Part shown: piece after piece, positions 1-9,846 of the stretch | Numbering within the stretch: position 1 is the stretch's first letter | How the letters are laid out: every line of letters starts with the position of its first letter | Position numbers and translations under genes: made by a program | Notes under the pieces: generated by a model | Told to the model about the DNA's origin: nothing | The model's input: the letters and a program-made list of their open reading frames with translations, nothing else | Database searches by the model: none | NCBI RefSeq assembly: GCF_964204645.1 | Contig: NC_134026.1 | Span: 16,340,150-16,404,149, forward strand | Length of the DNA stretch: 64,000 nucleotides | Direction: 5' to 3' | Origin: Tubulanus polymorphus | Taxonomy: Eukaryota > Animalia > Nemertea

Positions 1-431
1 CTATTAAATATGAAACCTTTAGATATATTTAAGCGTATTTAGTATATCTTTTAGATAGTTAGAGTTACCGCTAATATCTTTTAGATTAATAAAACGTCAT
101 ACGCATCAAGAAGCGATAGAGAAACTCAAGATACTCTTTCTGACTGAGGAATCAACAGCAATGGATATCGAACCAATAGAATCACCAAAAGATCGACGAA
201 GAAACTATATAAGAATTTCAAAAACATTGAGACTCCAATGATTAAGTTTAACATTTGTTAATGTAGTTAAATATTTACCAGCAATTGAAAAAATGTTTGT
301 AATTATAAATTGTATTTATAGAAATCAAATGATGTATTAGAAGAAATGACTGAACAACTTGTATAATGTATTGTGTAAATCTGATTTGTGAATTTTTATG
401 TTCAGTCGTTTCTATTATGTTTAACACATAC

Positions 432-719
432 GCATTAAGCAAAACCGGCCATAAATGGCCGCATGTGACACATGTAACGCATGTGACGAGAACATGAATG
501 CGTTTGAATTTTCTATATTCAGTTGTTTCTATTTTACAGAATTTATAGAATGAATATACAATTATGATTAACACATGTGCATTAAGCAAAACCGGCCATA
601 AATGGCCGCATGTGACGCATGTAACGCATGTGTTGTTTCTATTTTACAGAATTTATAGAATGAATATATAATTATGTTTAACGCATGCGCATTAAGCAAA
701 ACCGGCCATAAATGGCCGG
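432..719. repeat. Three imperfect tandem repeats, each with a CGGCCATAAATGGCCG hairpin
   Basis: GCATTAAGCAAAACCGGCCATAAATGGCCG at 432, 579 and 689. Confidence 0.9.
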
Positions 720-857
720 CCGCTTGTATTATTTAGATATCAAGGAACTGAAACGACTTATCAAAAGCAGCGAGGAATGAAAAAGGATGACGTTGGTCGA
801 AGAAATGGAAGAGGATTATAAAATATTAACCAATTTTAATAAAAATACGTATAATAA

Positions 858-1538
858 ATGGAACCAGAACAATCACAAGCTATAAATATAAACAATAAGA
901 AATGTTCTAAATGTAAAATAAATAAGCAACTCTCGGAATATTATAATTATAAAACTCAGAAAGATGGTAAGCAAAGTTATTGTAAAACTTGTAGTTAACT
1001 AAGTGACAAACAAAATTATAGAAATAATACTGAATCGCGCAATGATAAAAATAAGAAATGGAAAGAAAATCATTTAGAATATATTAAAGCGTATCAAAAT
1101 AAATATCATAAAGAAAGATATCAAACAGATTTTAATTTTAAAATGAAACAATGTCTAGGTAATAGATTATCACAATTATTCAGTAAAGAAGCGCATTCAG
1201 TTACACTAGCACATTTACTAGATTGTTTGGATGAATTCTTTAAATCATGGATAATATATCAATTCGATGATAAAATGAATATAAATAATTATGGTAATTA
1301 TTTTCATATTGATCATGTGTTACCAATATCTAAATTTGATATGAATGATGAATACAATCAGAAGTTAATATGGAATTGGAAGAATCTAAGACCTCTTGAA
1401 AAGAAAGAAAATAAAATAAAATTTAATAAAATAGATTTACAGTTATATTTGAATCAACTGGAAAAAGCACAAAAATTTATTGAATTATGGAATTCAACAC
1501 ATAATGAACAATACGTTGAGTCTTTAATGAGTGGTTAA
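858..1538 (+). pseudogene. HNH endonuclease with N-terminal CxxC..CxxC zinc ribbon (NCLDV-type); one in-frame stop
   Basis: ATG 858 is in frame with ORF 1143-1538. MEPEQ..KKCSKCKINK..SYCKTCS* with TAA at 996-998; C-terminal HIDHVLPISKFD..NWKNLRPLEKKEN HNH motif. Confidence 0.8.
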
Positions 1539-1764
1539 AGAATAATAGATTTTAAATAAAATATAATAAAAATTACATACCTTCAACTAGCTAATGAATT
1601 CTATTATATTTTTAATATTTTCTTTTCAAAAAGAGAATACTTTATATCACAAATAAAAAATACTAAAAAACAATAACTAATACTAGAGTTCTTTAACTTT
1701 AACTAGCTAGTATCATTTGAAGAATACTTATAATATTTTTTTTTGCTTTTTTTCTCTAATATAA

Positions 1765-2367
1765 ATGTCAAAGAAATCTAATAAGAATAGTATTGATATT
1801 GAAAAGACATTAGATGATTTGGGTATAAGTGATAATAAAGATACAGTTGTTTCTAATTCTATTCAAGTTAATAACAATATTGATTATGAATACTATTTAT
1901 ATTGTAAGCATCATCTAGAACTATTGATTGCGAGTGGAAAAACTAAAGAGTTTATTGGTAAAACAATAACTTTTCAAGAATTAGATAATATGAATAAAGA
2001 AAAAGTAATAAAATATTTTAAGATTTATGAAGAAGCTCGATTAACTAGAATAAATGATTCTATTTCAGATGGTATTGTCAAATGTTATTCAAAATTATGT
2101 AACCAGTTAATACCAATTGATGATGAAAATAAATTATATAATGATTTGAAAAATGACTATTTAGTTATGACTGAATTACAAAAATGGGTTGGATATGCTT
2201 CATTTCAATTAGGATCGGTTATGACATTGATTTCTACTGGAGTTATAACATTTTCGAATATCAAACCTATGGAATATAAATCAGGTAAGAATGAAACAGA
2301 TGTACTACAACAAAACGTCGAAACAGAAAATGAATCAGAACAAAAATTAACTAAAATAAATGAGTGA
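1765..2367 (+). CDS. Polinton hypothetical protein (200 aa) with a hydrophobic C-terminal segment
   Basis: ORF with TAAATG start; homolog in copy 2 at 53883. Confidence 0.8.
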   Translation: MSKKSNKNSIDIEKTLDDLGISDNKDTVVSNSIQVNNNIDYEYYLYCKHHLELLIASGKTKEFIGKTITFQELDNMNKEKVIKYFKIYEEARLTRINDSISDGIVKCYSKLCNQLIPIDDENKLYNDLKNDYLVMTELQKWVGYASFQLGSVMTLISTGVITFSNIKPMEYKSGKNETDVLQQNVETENESEQKLTKINE

Positions 2368-2734
2368 TGGAGTTAAGAAAAAGGCTAGATCCGAGAAACA
2401 AATTAAATGGGCAAGAGAATTAGGTAAAAGATCATCAGAATTAAAAAAAGCTAAGAAAAAGAAATTAACTGATATAAATGAATCACCCGATGATGCCGTA
2501 CGGCACCCACACGGTGGTATTGATTCAAATAATAATCCATCTAATTCTTCTAATGCTGGAAGTAATTATAAATTATATATTACAATTGGATTAGTAACAG
2601 TTATTATATTATCCGGTGTAATATATAAATCAAAATTCAAATCTGATGATAAATATGATTCCGATGACAATAAACCTATCATACCAGAAAATAAATCAAA
2701 TGAAACTAAATCTAAATTATTATTAATGGATTAA
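2360..2734 (+). CDS. Small basic protein with one transmembrane segment
   Basis: Lys-rich N-terminus; TM LYITIGLVTVIILSGVIY; homolog in copy 2 at 54437. Confidence 0.8.
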   Translation: MSDGVKKKARSEKQIKWARELGKRSSELKKAKKKKLTDINESPDDAVRHPHGGIDSNNNPSNSSNAGSNYKLYITIGLVTVIILSGVIYKSKFKSDDKYDSDDNKPIIPENKSNETKSKLLLMD

Positions 2735-2737
2735 AAT

Positions 2738-3853
2738 ATGATGAAAAAAGAACAATATTTAAGAGCGTTATATTACAACCCAGAAAGTGAAGTATCATTT
2801 TCTAACGTTTCAGAATTATGGAATAAAATTAAATCTGATAATAGCAATGGTGCCGTACGGCACCCACATGGTGGTATAAAATATAGTGAATTAAAATCAT
2901 GGTTACAAAATCAACCCACATATCAAATTCATAAAAAGATGGATAAAAAATATTTAACAAGAAAAGTAATGGTTTCATATATTGACCAACAATGGCAAGC
3001 TGATTTAATTGATATGAAAAACTTAGAAGAATATAACAAAGGATATTTTTGGATACTAAATGTTATAGATATATTCAGTAGATACGCATGGAGTATCCCG
3101 ATTAAAAATAAAACTGGTATAGAAGTTACAAATTCTTTCAAATTAATATTTAAAGAAGCTATCCCAGATAAAATACAATTTGATGAAGGTAAAGAATTTT
3201 ATAACAAACATTTTAAAAAACTATTAACTGATAACGATGTAGAATATTTTTCAACACATTCAGATAAAAAAGCATCTGTTATAGAAAGATTTAATAAAAC
3301 ATTGAAAACTAGAATGTGGAAATATTTCACCGCTAATGAAACATATAAATATATCGATGTGTTAGATGATTTAGTGAAAGGTTATAATAATTCTAAACAT
3401 AGTTCTATAAATATGAAACCTATACAAGCTAGAAAAGAAGAAAATTCAGAAATAGTTTGGAATAATTTATATGGTGCGTTTGTTACACATGATTTTGGAG
3501 AACCTAAATTTAAAATAGGACAACATGTTAGAATTTCTAAATATCGAAAAACATTTTATAAAGGTTATACTCCAAATTTTACAGAAGAAATATTTAAAAT
3601 TAAAAAGATAATATTAACTAAACCATTTGTTTATAAATTGTTTGATTTAAAAGATGAAGAAATATTAGGTTATTTTTATGAACAAGAATTATCATTAGTA
3701 CCAAATCCAGATGAAATAGAATACAAAATAGAAAAGGTATTGAAAACAAAAACTCTTAAAGGAAAAAAGTATTCTTTGGTGAAATATAAAGGATATGATG
3801 ATAAATTTAATGAATGGATTTTATCTAGTAAAATTAAAAGAATAAATGAATAA
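2738..3853 (+). CDS. int: Retroviral-type (rve) DDE integrase with C-terminal chromodomain
   Basis: WQADLIDM, IDIFSRYAW, QFDEGKEF and VIERFNKTLK motifs; chromodomain YKIEKVLK..LVKYKGYDDKFNEWI. Confidence 0.95.
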   Translation: MMKKEQYLRALYYNPESEVSFSNVSELWNKIKSDNSNGAVRHPHGGIKYSELKSWLQNQPTYQIHKKMDKKYLTRKVMVSYIDQQWQADLIDMKNLEEYNKGYFWILNVIDIFSRYAWSIPIKNKTGIEVTNSFKLIFKEAIPDKIQFDEGKEFYNKHFKKLLTDNDVEYFSTHSDKKASVIERFNKTLKTRMWKYFTANETYKYIDVLDDLVKGYNNSKHSSINMKPIQARKEENSEIVWNNLYGAFVTHDFGEPKFKIGQHVRISKYRKTFYKGYTPNFTEEIFKIKKIILTKPFVYKLFDLKDEEILGYFYEQELSLVPNPDEIEYKIEKVLKTKTLKGKKYSLVKYKGYDDKFNEWILSSKIKRINE

Positions 3854-4460
3854 AGATTTGTTTATATTTGAACCACATAATATGTTAATAACTGGAGTTA
3901 CAAATTGTGGTAAAACACACTTCATATTATATTTATTAGAAACTATTTATAAAAATCATTTCGATAATATAATATTATTCTGCCCAACTTATGAAATGAA
4001 TGAAACGTATAATAGAGATATAGTTTTTAAAGATAAAAAGTTTATTATATTAAATTCTAAAACAGTGAAAGATAATTTAGATAATTGTATAAAAATTGCA
4101 TTAGATATTTATAAAGGATCTAATACATTATTTATTATCGATGATTGCGCAAATTTACATGATTCTAAAATTAGAGAAAGTGAGTTATGTTATTTAGCTT
4201 TCTCTGGTAGACATTTTGGGATAACAACATGGGTTTTAAATCAGAAATATAATTCAATTGTGAAAGATTTTAGAGAAAATATAAGATTTCTAGTTTTATT
4301 CTACAATAAAGATAGAAAATCTATGCAACAATCATTGGAAGAAAATCAAATTATACCTACTGAATTACATGATGAATATATGAATAAATTAAAAAATAAT
4401 AAAGGTTCCAAATTACTTATGAGATTACAATTTCCATATGAATATAAATTTATAAAATAA
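3846..4460 (+). CDS. A32/FtsK-like genome packaging ATPase
   Basis: Walker A GVTNCGKT, Walker B FIIDD, and SGRH..LNQKY motifs. Confidence 0.93.
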   Translation: MNKDLFIFEPHNMLITGVTNCGKTHFILYLLETIYKNHFDNIILFCPTYEMNETYNRDIVFKDKKFIILNSKTVKDNLDNCIKIALDIYKGSNTLFIIDDCANLHDSKIRESELCYLAFSGRHFGITTWVLNQKYNSIVKDFRENIRFLVLFYNKDRKSMQQSLEENQIIPTELHDEYMNKLKNNKGSKLLMRLQFPYEYKFIK

Positions 4461-4477
4461 CTATTTGTATACCTATG

Positions 4478-4605
4478 TATTAGATACCCTAATACCTAAT
4501 ACCCCATTAGATACCCTAATACCTGATACCCTAATACCTGATACCCTATTAGATACCCTAATACCTGATACATACCCTAATACCCTATTAGATACCTTAA
4601 TACTT
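4478..4605. repeat. Short-period tandem repeat (ATACCCTAATACCTG-like) between convergent genes
   Basis: Repeated GATACCCTA(A/T)TA units; copy 2 has a different repeat (TACGTATTAAA) at 56565-56850. Confidence 0.85.
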
Positions 4606-4834
4606 AAAACCCCCTTTTTTATTTACTATCATTTTATACAATTTTCAACCTTTTTTACTTTTTGAGTGTTAGATAATCAATTTCTGAATCACTTTCACTA
4701 TAATCACTTTCAGACCCTAACAATTTATTCAAATGCTCTACCGTATCTTCATAAATAATTAGTTTATTATTTTTCACCTTTTTCACCTTTTTTACCGAAT
4801 CATCAATAGTTGTTTCATTTTTAAACTTATTCAT

Positions 4835-5689
4835 TCAATCAAATTTATTATTATTTTCTACTTTAAGTTTTATAGAATCTTTATTATCAATATGCTTATC
4901 TGTAACTATATCACCATGTGGGCGTATGGCGGCACCATTTTCATTATCATCTTTATTAGTGTTTGCTCCTAATATTTCATTTACAGTGTTTGATCCTAAT
5001 ATTTCATTAGCATCGGTTAAATCTAATTCATCTTTATTAGGTGTTGCTAATAAAAAATCTTCATATAATTCTTTACCATTTACTGTTTTATTTGAAACAA
5101 ATTTTGTAACATATCTAAATGGGTGTTCTATAAATTCTCTTAAACCAACACGTTCTATAACATTAGTAATATGTGAATTTGTATTCATATGTTTATTCCA
5201 ATTTGATGGAGCGTTTGAAAATTCACCATTACAATAACCACAATAATTTCTATTTTCACTAACATCTAATATTATTTTATTATTAGATGTAGTAGGTATT
5301 ACATTATTTGATGTAGAGGGTATTACAGATGTAGTAGGTATTACATTATTTGATGTAGAGGGTATTACAGATGTAGAAGGTATTACAGATGTAGTAGTAG
5401 GTATTACAGATGTAGAAGGTATTACAGATGTAGTAGTAGGTATTACAGATGTAGTAGTAGGTATTACAGATGTAGTAGTAGGTATTACATTATTATCAAT
5501 TACACTATTATTAACAACACCACTTTTATTATTATTACGTTCAATTAAATATTCTTTGTATTGATTTAATTCATTTAATAAAAATGTTCCAATATATTCA
5601 TTTATTCTTTTATAAGGTATTACATAATACAAATCATCATTGATTTCTTTATCAGCTTTGATTCTTTCATATACTTTACCTCCTTCCAT
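4835..5689 (-). CDS. Protein with Thr/Ser-rich repeats (VIPTTTS/VIPSTSNN) and a C2H2 zinc finger
   Basis: 284-aa ORF; YCGYCNGEF..WNKHMNTNSH; homolog in copy 2 starting at 57761. Confidence 0.8.
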   Translation of the reverse strand: MEGGKVYERIKADKEINDDLYYVIPYKRINEYIGTFLLNELNQYKEYLIERNNNKSGVVNNSVIDNNVIPTTTSVIPTTTSVIPTTTSVIPSTSVIPTTTSVIPSTSVIPSTSNNVIPTTSVIPSTSNNVIPTTSNNKIILDVSENRNYCGYCNGEFSNAPSNWNKHMNTNSHITNVIERVGLREFIEHPFRYVTKFVSNKTVNGKELYEDFLLATPNKDELDLTDANEILGSNTVNEILGANTNKDDNENGAAIRPHGDIVTDKHIDNKDSIKLKVENNNKFD

Positions 5690-5721
5690 TTATTATATAT
5701 ATTTTTATTAAAGTTAAAATT

Positions 5722-6969
5722 TTAATACATAACACTATCTAATTGTGAATTTACAATATTTAATTGTGCGTCAGATATAATATAAATGTGCATTTTAAAA
5801 TTTTTGATTCCTTTATTCTTTTTCATGAATAATTGTATTCCATCTTTAGTGTTCTGTAGTTTTTTTCCAGAACCATGTAATGAATTATCTTCTGTTGTTC
5901 TAAAATCTAACCATAATGCATATTTATTACCGGTATAATAATCAATTTGATTAATATTACAATTTTCAAATGATTTTATTTTTTCATTCATAAAATGTTT
6001 TCTAATTTCTGGCCATTGATCAATCATTCTCATTCCTTGGCAAAATATTTTATTCGCTATTCCTTCGATAGTTATTTCTACTTTTGTTATTTCAGGATTA
6101 TAATAATTATCAACATTTATTGCACCATTAGAATATGTTGCAATAGTAAAAAATATTATTATACCTTTAATAGATCTTCTTGGGAAGTTAATATTCTCAT
6201 TAATTATTTCATCATTTGCATTAATAGTTACAGTTTTAAATTTATCAATATAATCATATAATAATGAAAATCCTTGATTGTATTGAGTTTGAATTATACT
6301 TGAAATATTTTCATCAGTTACTGTATCATATTCTAAACATATATTCGATAATTTATAACTCATATCTTTAACAACGCTAGATAATACAATTTCATTTACA
6401 GGAGCAAATGTTATCTCAAATATAATATCTTCTTGAATTGCGTATTTATATAAAGGTGCATTATTATTTATCAATTCAAAGTCTAATGGAATTTTATATT
6501 TGCTTCCATAAATCTTTTTAATCAAATTATCTACGTCATTATTTACTACTGCGTTATTGGCTTCAGATCTTAATTTATTTTGGTTTTCTGATTGAATACC
6601 CTGAAATATCATATTATTTCTATTTTCTTTAGTTAACCATAAATCTTTATAATGTGAAAATAAATTATAATCATCTAATGAGAAAACTGTTTCTGGACCA
6701 ATCTTTATTGTTAACCTTTTAATCAAATATCTTCCAACATTATCAACAACATAATTATTATTATTGCCAGATACTTTTATATCGGCTGATAAATAAATAC
6801 TATTTGGAACATAAAAAGTATTTTGTGTTAATCTAGGAATTCTAACATATAAAGTTTCATCGGGATTAATATTTGAAGGGTTATGAGTAATTATATGATG
6901 TGATCTTTCTGCTTTAATAGCATTAGATATTCTATGATTCTTCGAAGGACTTATATAACTCCCACTCAT
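5722..6969 (-). CDS. Major capsid protein (double jelly-roll)
   Basis: 415 aa, beta-rich. Motifs ITHNPSNI, VGRYLIKRL.IKIG, YKLSNICLEYD, YALWLDFRTTEDNSLHGSG resemble invertebrate Polinton MCPs; recognised from memory and gene context. Confidence 0.8.
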   Translation of the reverse strand: MSGSYISPSKNHRISNAIKAERSHHIITHNPSNINPDETLYVRIPRLTQNTFYVPNSIYLSADIKVSGNNNNYVVDNVGRYLIKRLTIKIGPETVFSLDDYNLFSHYKDLWLTKENRNNMIFQGIQSENQNKLRSEANNAVVNNDVDNLIKKIYGSKYKIPLDFELINNNAPLYKYAIQEDIIFEITFAPVNEIVLSSVVKDMSYKLSNICLEYDTVTDENISSIIQTQYNQGFSLLYDYIDKFKTVTINANDEIINENINFPRRSIKGIIIFFTIATYSNGAINVDNYYNPEITKVEITIEGIANKIFCQGMRMIDQWPEIRKHFMNEKIKSFENCNINQIDYYTGNKYALWLDFRTTEDNSLHGSGKKLQNTKDGIQLFMKKNKGIKNFKMHIYIISDAQLNIVNSQLDSVMY

Positions 6970-7042
6970 TTATTTAACAAAAAAAAATTAATTATTTATT
7001 TTTTGATATCATGGTTTACTTGATATTTTTTGATATCATGGT

Positions 7043-8485
7043 TTACTTGATATTTTTTGATATCATATTTACTAAACCAAAAATAATAGCACTTACAACT
7101 GTAATTAAAAATAAAATAATATGTTCAGCAGCAAAGTTAATAATGTTTCCTGCAGATTTCAATATAAAACCAACAATTGAAGCAATAACTCCTGGTAAAG
7201 CTGCAGCAGATTTTTTAGATAGTTCCCATAAATATTTTGCTAATTTCTTTAAACCATCCTTAACTTTATCTTGTATAGAATTATTACCTGGAGGTTTATC
7301 TGGTTTATTGGGAGTGGGAGTAGGAGTAGATTTTAAAGCATTTGATATTGCTAAACCAATTGTTGTAAATAACATAGTTACAGCTGTTAGAATTGAAAGA
7401 ATTGTTATTCCTTCTAATTTAAATAATAACTTCATCCTGTCTTTTAATGATATTTCAGAATTTGGTTTAATCAACAAATCTTTAAAAATAACTTTTAATC
7501 TATTAATATTATAATCATATGATTTTAACAATAATTTAATTTCTTCTTTTTGTAATTCTATGTTATATTCTAAATCATCAATTTCTTTTTCTAAATATGC
7601 ATTTCTTTTTTTAAATTCAATTTCTTCAATAACTTTATTATCTCTATCTAATTTTAATTGTTCTATTTCTTTATTTTTATCAGTTAATTCTTTTTCTAAA
7701 GTTCTAATTTTAAAATCTCTTATACTTTTATTATGTGCAATTTTATCAGATGCAAGTCTTATACTAATAATTTCTCTAATTGCTTTATCAGAAAATATAT
7801 CTAAATCTTCTAATTCTTGATCTGTTGCATCAAATAATCCATTCGGTAAAAGTTTTTCAATTGGAACTTTATTTGATCTAAGTTTACTATTTTTGGAAGT
7901 TATATTCTGTTCAGAAGTTGTTTCTGTTTCTGATTTCTTTTTGATTATTTCAAATAATTCATTAATTCTTTGTTTAAATACATCTATATTATCATCTATT
8001 TCTTTTTGTGTAACATCAGTTATTTCATTACTATTACTTATTATTTTAATTCTATCTGGTTTTAATTTTTCTAAAGTTGATTCTAATAATATTTTATTTT
8101 TATTATTTTTATAAGTGATATCAATATAATAATCACCTTTCAAACGATAATAACATTTACCATTATCTAAAAATTTCAATTGATCTGCTAAAAGTCCAAC
8201 GTCTTCATCATTTATGTTAAAATTAGATTTTTCAATTAAATCTTCTAATTTAGGTATTTTGTTTAAATTATCTAAATCTTGTTTTACTAAATCTGGGTCT
8301 AAATTTTCAGGATTTAATTGTGATTCTGCATTTTTAATATAATCAGGCAAATTTAAATTATTATTATATTCTGGCTCATTACCATCATTAAAACTTGTTT
8401 CACTAAAATCAGGTTGTTGTTCATCAGTTATGTTAGGTTCATCAAAAGGATCCATTCCAATATCTTCTCCACCTTCTACATCCAT
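7043..8485 (-). CDS. Coiled-coil protein with C-terminal transmembrane segments
   Basis: 480 aa; acidic N-terminus, heptad-rich middle, hydrophobic ITILSILTAVTMLFTTIGLAI and IILFLITVVSAIIFGLV. Confidence 0.85.
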   Translation of the reverse strand: MDVEGGEDIGMDPFDEPNITDEQQPDFSETSFNDGNEPEYNNNLNLPDYIKNAESQLNPENLDPDLVKQDLDNLNKIPKLEDLIEKSNFNINDEDVGLLADQLKFLDNGKCYYRLKGDYYIDITYKNNKNKILLESTLEKLKPDRIKIISNSNEITDVTQKEIDDNIDVFKQRINELFEIIKKKSETETTSEQNITSKNSKLRSNKVPIEKLLPNGLFDATDQELEDLDIFSDKAIREIISIRLASDKIAHNKSIRDFKIRTLEKELTDKNKEIEQLKLDRDNKVIEEIEFKKRNAYLEKEIDDLEYNIELQKEEIKLLLKSYDYNINRLKVIFKDLLIKPNSEISLKDRMKLLFKLEGITILSILTAVTMLFTTIGLAISNALKSTPTPTPNKPDKPPGNNSIQDKVKDGLKKLAKYLWELSKKSAAALPGVIASIVGFILKSAGNIINFAAEHIILFLITVVSAIIFGLVNMISKNIK

Positions 8486-8501
8486 TTACATAATAAAAAA
8501 A

Positions 8502-9830
8502 TTAAAATTTAAAATATAATATTCCTCCGATTACAATTCCTATACAAGTTATAGCTAATTTAGTATTTTCATGGGATTTATTATCATCATTTAGTTTAAT
8601 TATATCATGTTGAATTTTATTGGTTTTAATATCACCGTGTGGGTGCCGTACGGCACCATTTTCTGATGTATTGTAATCTTTTATTTTAGAATCATTATTT
8701 AATTTAATATTCTTAGTTTTAGTTTCTGTTGATTGAATATGTTTTTTATTTTTTTCACCTTCCATTAATTTTGGAGCAGTAATAATCTTTTTATTTATAT
8801 TATTTAACCCAAATGAATTATTTATTGTTGCAGTTTTAATTAGATTATTATAACCAATTATATTTCCCATCTTTAATACTAAATCATTAGAAATAATTAA
8901 TAGATTAGGGCCTATACAATAATTAAGTCTTACATGAGATTTATCTAAATAATTTTGATATCTTATAATGTTTTCTGGAATCGATCTATTTTTATCATTA
9001 TGAATTGAATCTTCAAATAAAACTTTAAACTGTTTCTGCGCATCGAATGAAGTGTTATCATTTCCAATTATTGGGGATCTTGTTTCAACTTGCGCACCTA
9101 AAATACACATCAAATAAATTCTAATAGATTGATTTATTCTTTGTATACCTGATTTTGTAAAACCTTCACCATTTTCTAAAATGAAATTAACCCAACCATT
9201 ATCATTATCAATTTTATAATTATGATAAGCTGAAATTCTATGCATATAATCAATTCTTTTTATTTCAAACTCTTCACCAACACCTTGCAATTTACCATGC
9301 GCTCTGAAATCGGAATTAATATTTATATTAAATTCATTACATATTTTATAAAACTTGGATATATTAATATTATTATCCAATTCTTTAAAATATTTAGACC
9401 CGGGTAAAGGACATTCTAATTCATTTAATATTATTCTGATTTGAAAATATGTGTGAAATCTAAATATTGTGTGAATTAATTTTAAATCAGAATACTTCAA
9501 ATTTTTATCTAAGTTATTTAAATGATCATTCCAACTTATTCCACATCCTGTTGTTGCACAATAAACAGCAAAATTTAATTGATTCTGCCAATATTTCATA
9601 TTAGATTTTACTTTATATATATGATATTCATCTCGAGTAAAAGTAACTTCATATGTATTAAATATATTTTCCATTTTAGAAATAAAAAACTGTGATTCAG
9701 TAACATAAATTTCTAAATTAGTTAATGAATTTAAAACTACATTTTTATATGTAATATTTTTCTTAAAATCTATTGCCGGAATATTATATTTAATTGATTT
9801 ATTATATTGGAAAGCTTTTGGAAACCCCAT
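8502..9830 (-). CDS. Conserved Polinton protein with C-terminal TM anchor
   Basis: 442 aa; WQNQLNFAVYCATTGCGIS motif; C-terminal LAITCIGIVIGGILYFKF; homolog in copy 2. Confidence 0.85.
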   Translation of the reverse strand: MGFPKAFQYNKSIKYNIPAIDFKKNITYKNVVLNSLTNLEIYVTESQFFISKMENIFNTYEVTFTRDEYHIYKVKSNMKYWQNQLNFAVYCATTGCGISWNDHLNNLDKNLKYSDLKLIHTIFRFHTYFQIRIILNELECPLPGSKYFKELDNNINISKFYKICNEFNININSDFRAHGKLQGVGEEFEIKRIDYMHRISAYHNYKIDNDNGWVNFILENGEGFTKSGIQRINQSIRIYLMCILGAQVETRSPIIGNDNTSFDAQKQFKVLFEDSIHNDKNRSIPENIIRYQNYLDKSHVRLNYCIGPNLLIISNDLVLKMGNIIGYNNLIKTATINNSFGLNNINKKIITAPKLMEGEKNKKHIQSTETKTKNIKLNNDSKIKDYNTSENGAVRHPHGDIKTNKIQHDIIKLNDDNKSHENTKLAITCIGIVIGGILYFKF

Positions 9831-9846
9831 TTATATAACTAAAAAA

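Noticed and set aside
275-589. 104-aa minus-strand ORF
   Set aside because: Lies in tandem repeats, lacks the TAAATG start shared by element genes, and has no motif.
4465-4665. 66-aa ORF (DTLIP repeats)
   Set aside because: Non-ATG start, translation of a tandem repeat, not conserved in copy 2.
6997-7066. Short tandem duplication at the end of the 480-aa ORF as a regulatory element
   Set aside because: Single copy in Polinton 2; looks like simple slippage.
7011-8114. Plus-strand ORFs 7011-7514, 7560-7820 and 7893-8114 (also 4926, 5995, 9929, 57025, 59086)
   Set aside because: Antisense shadows of real minus-strand genes.
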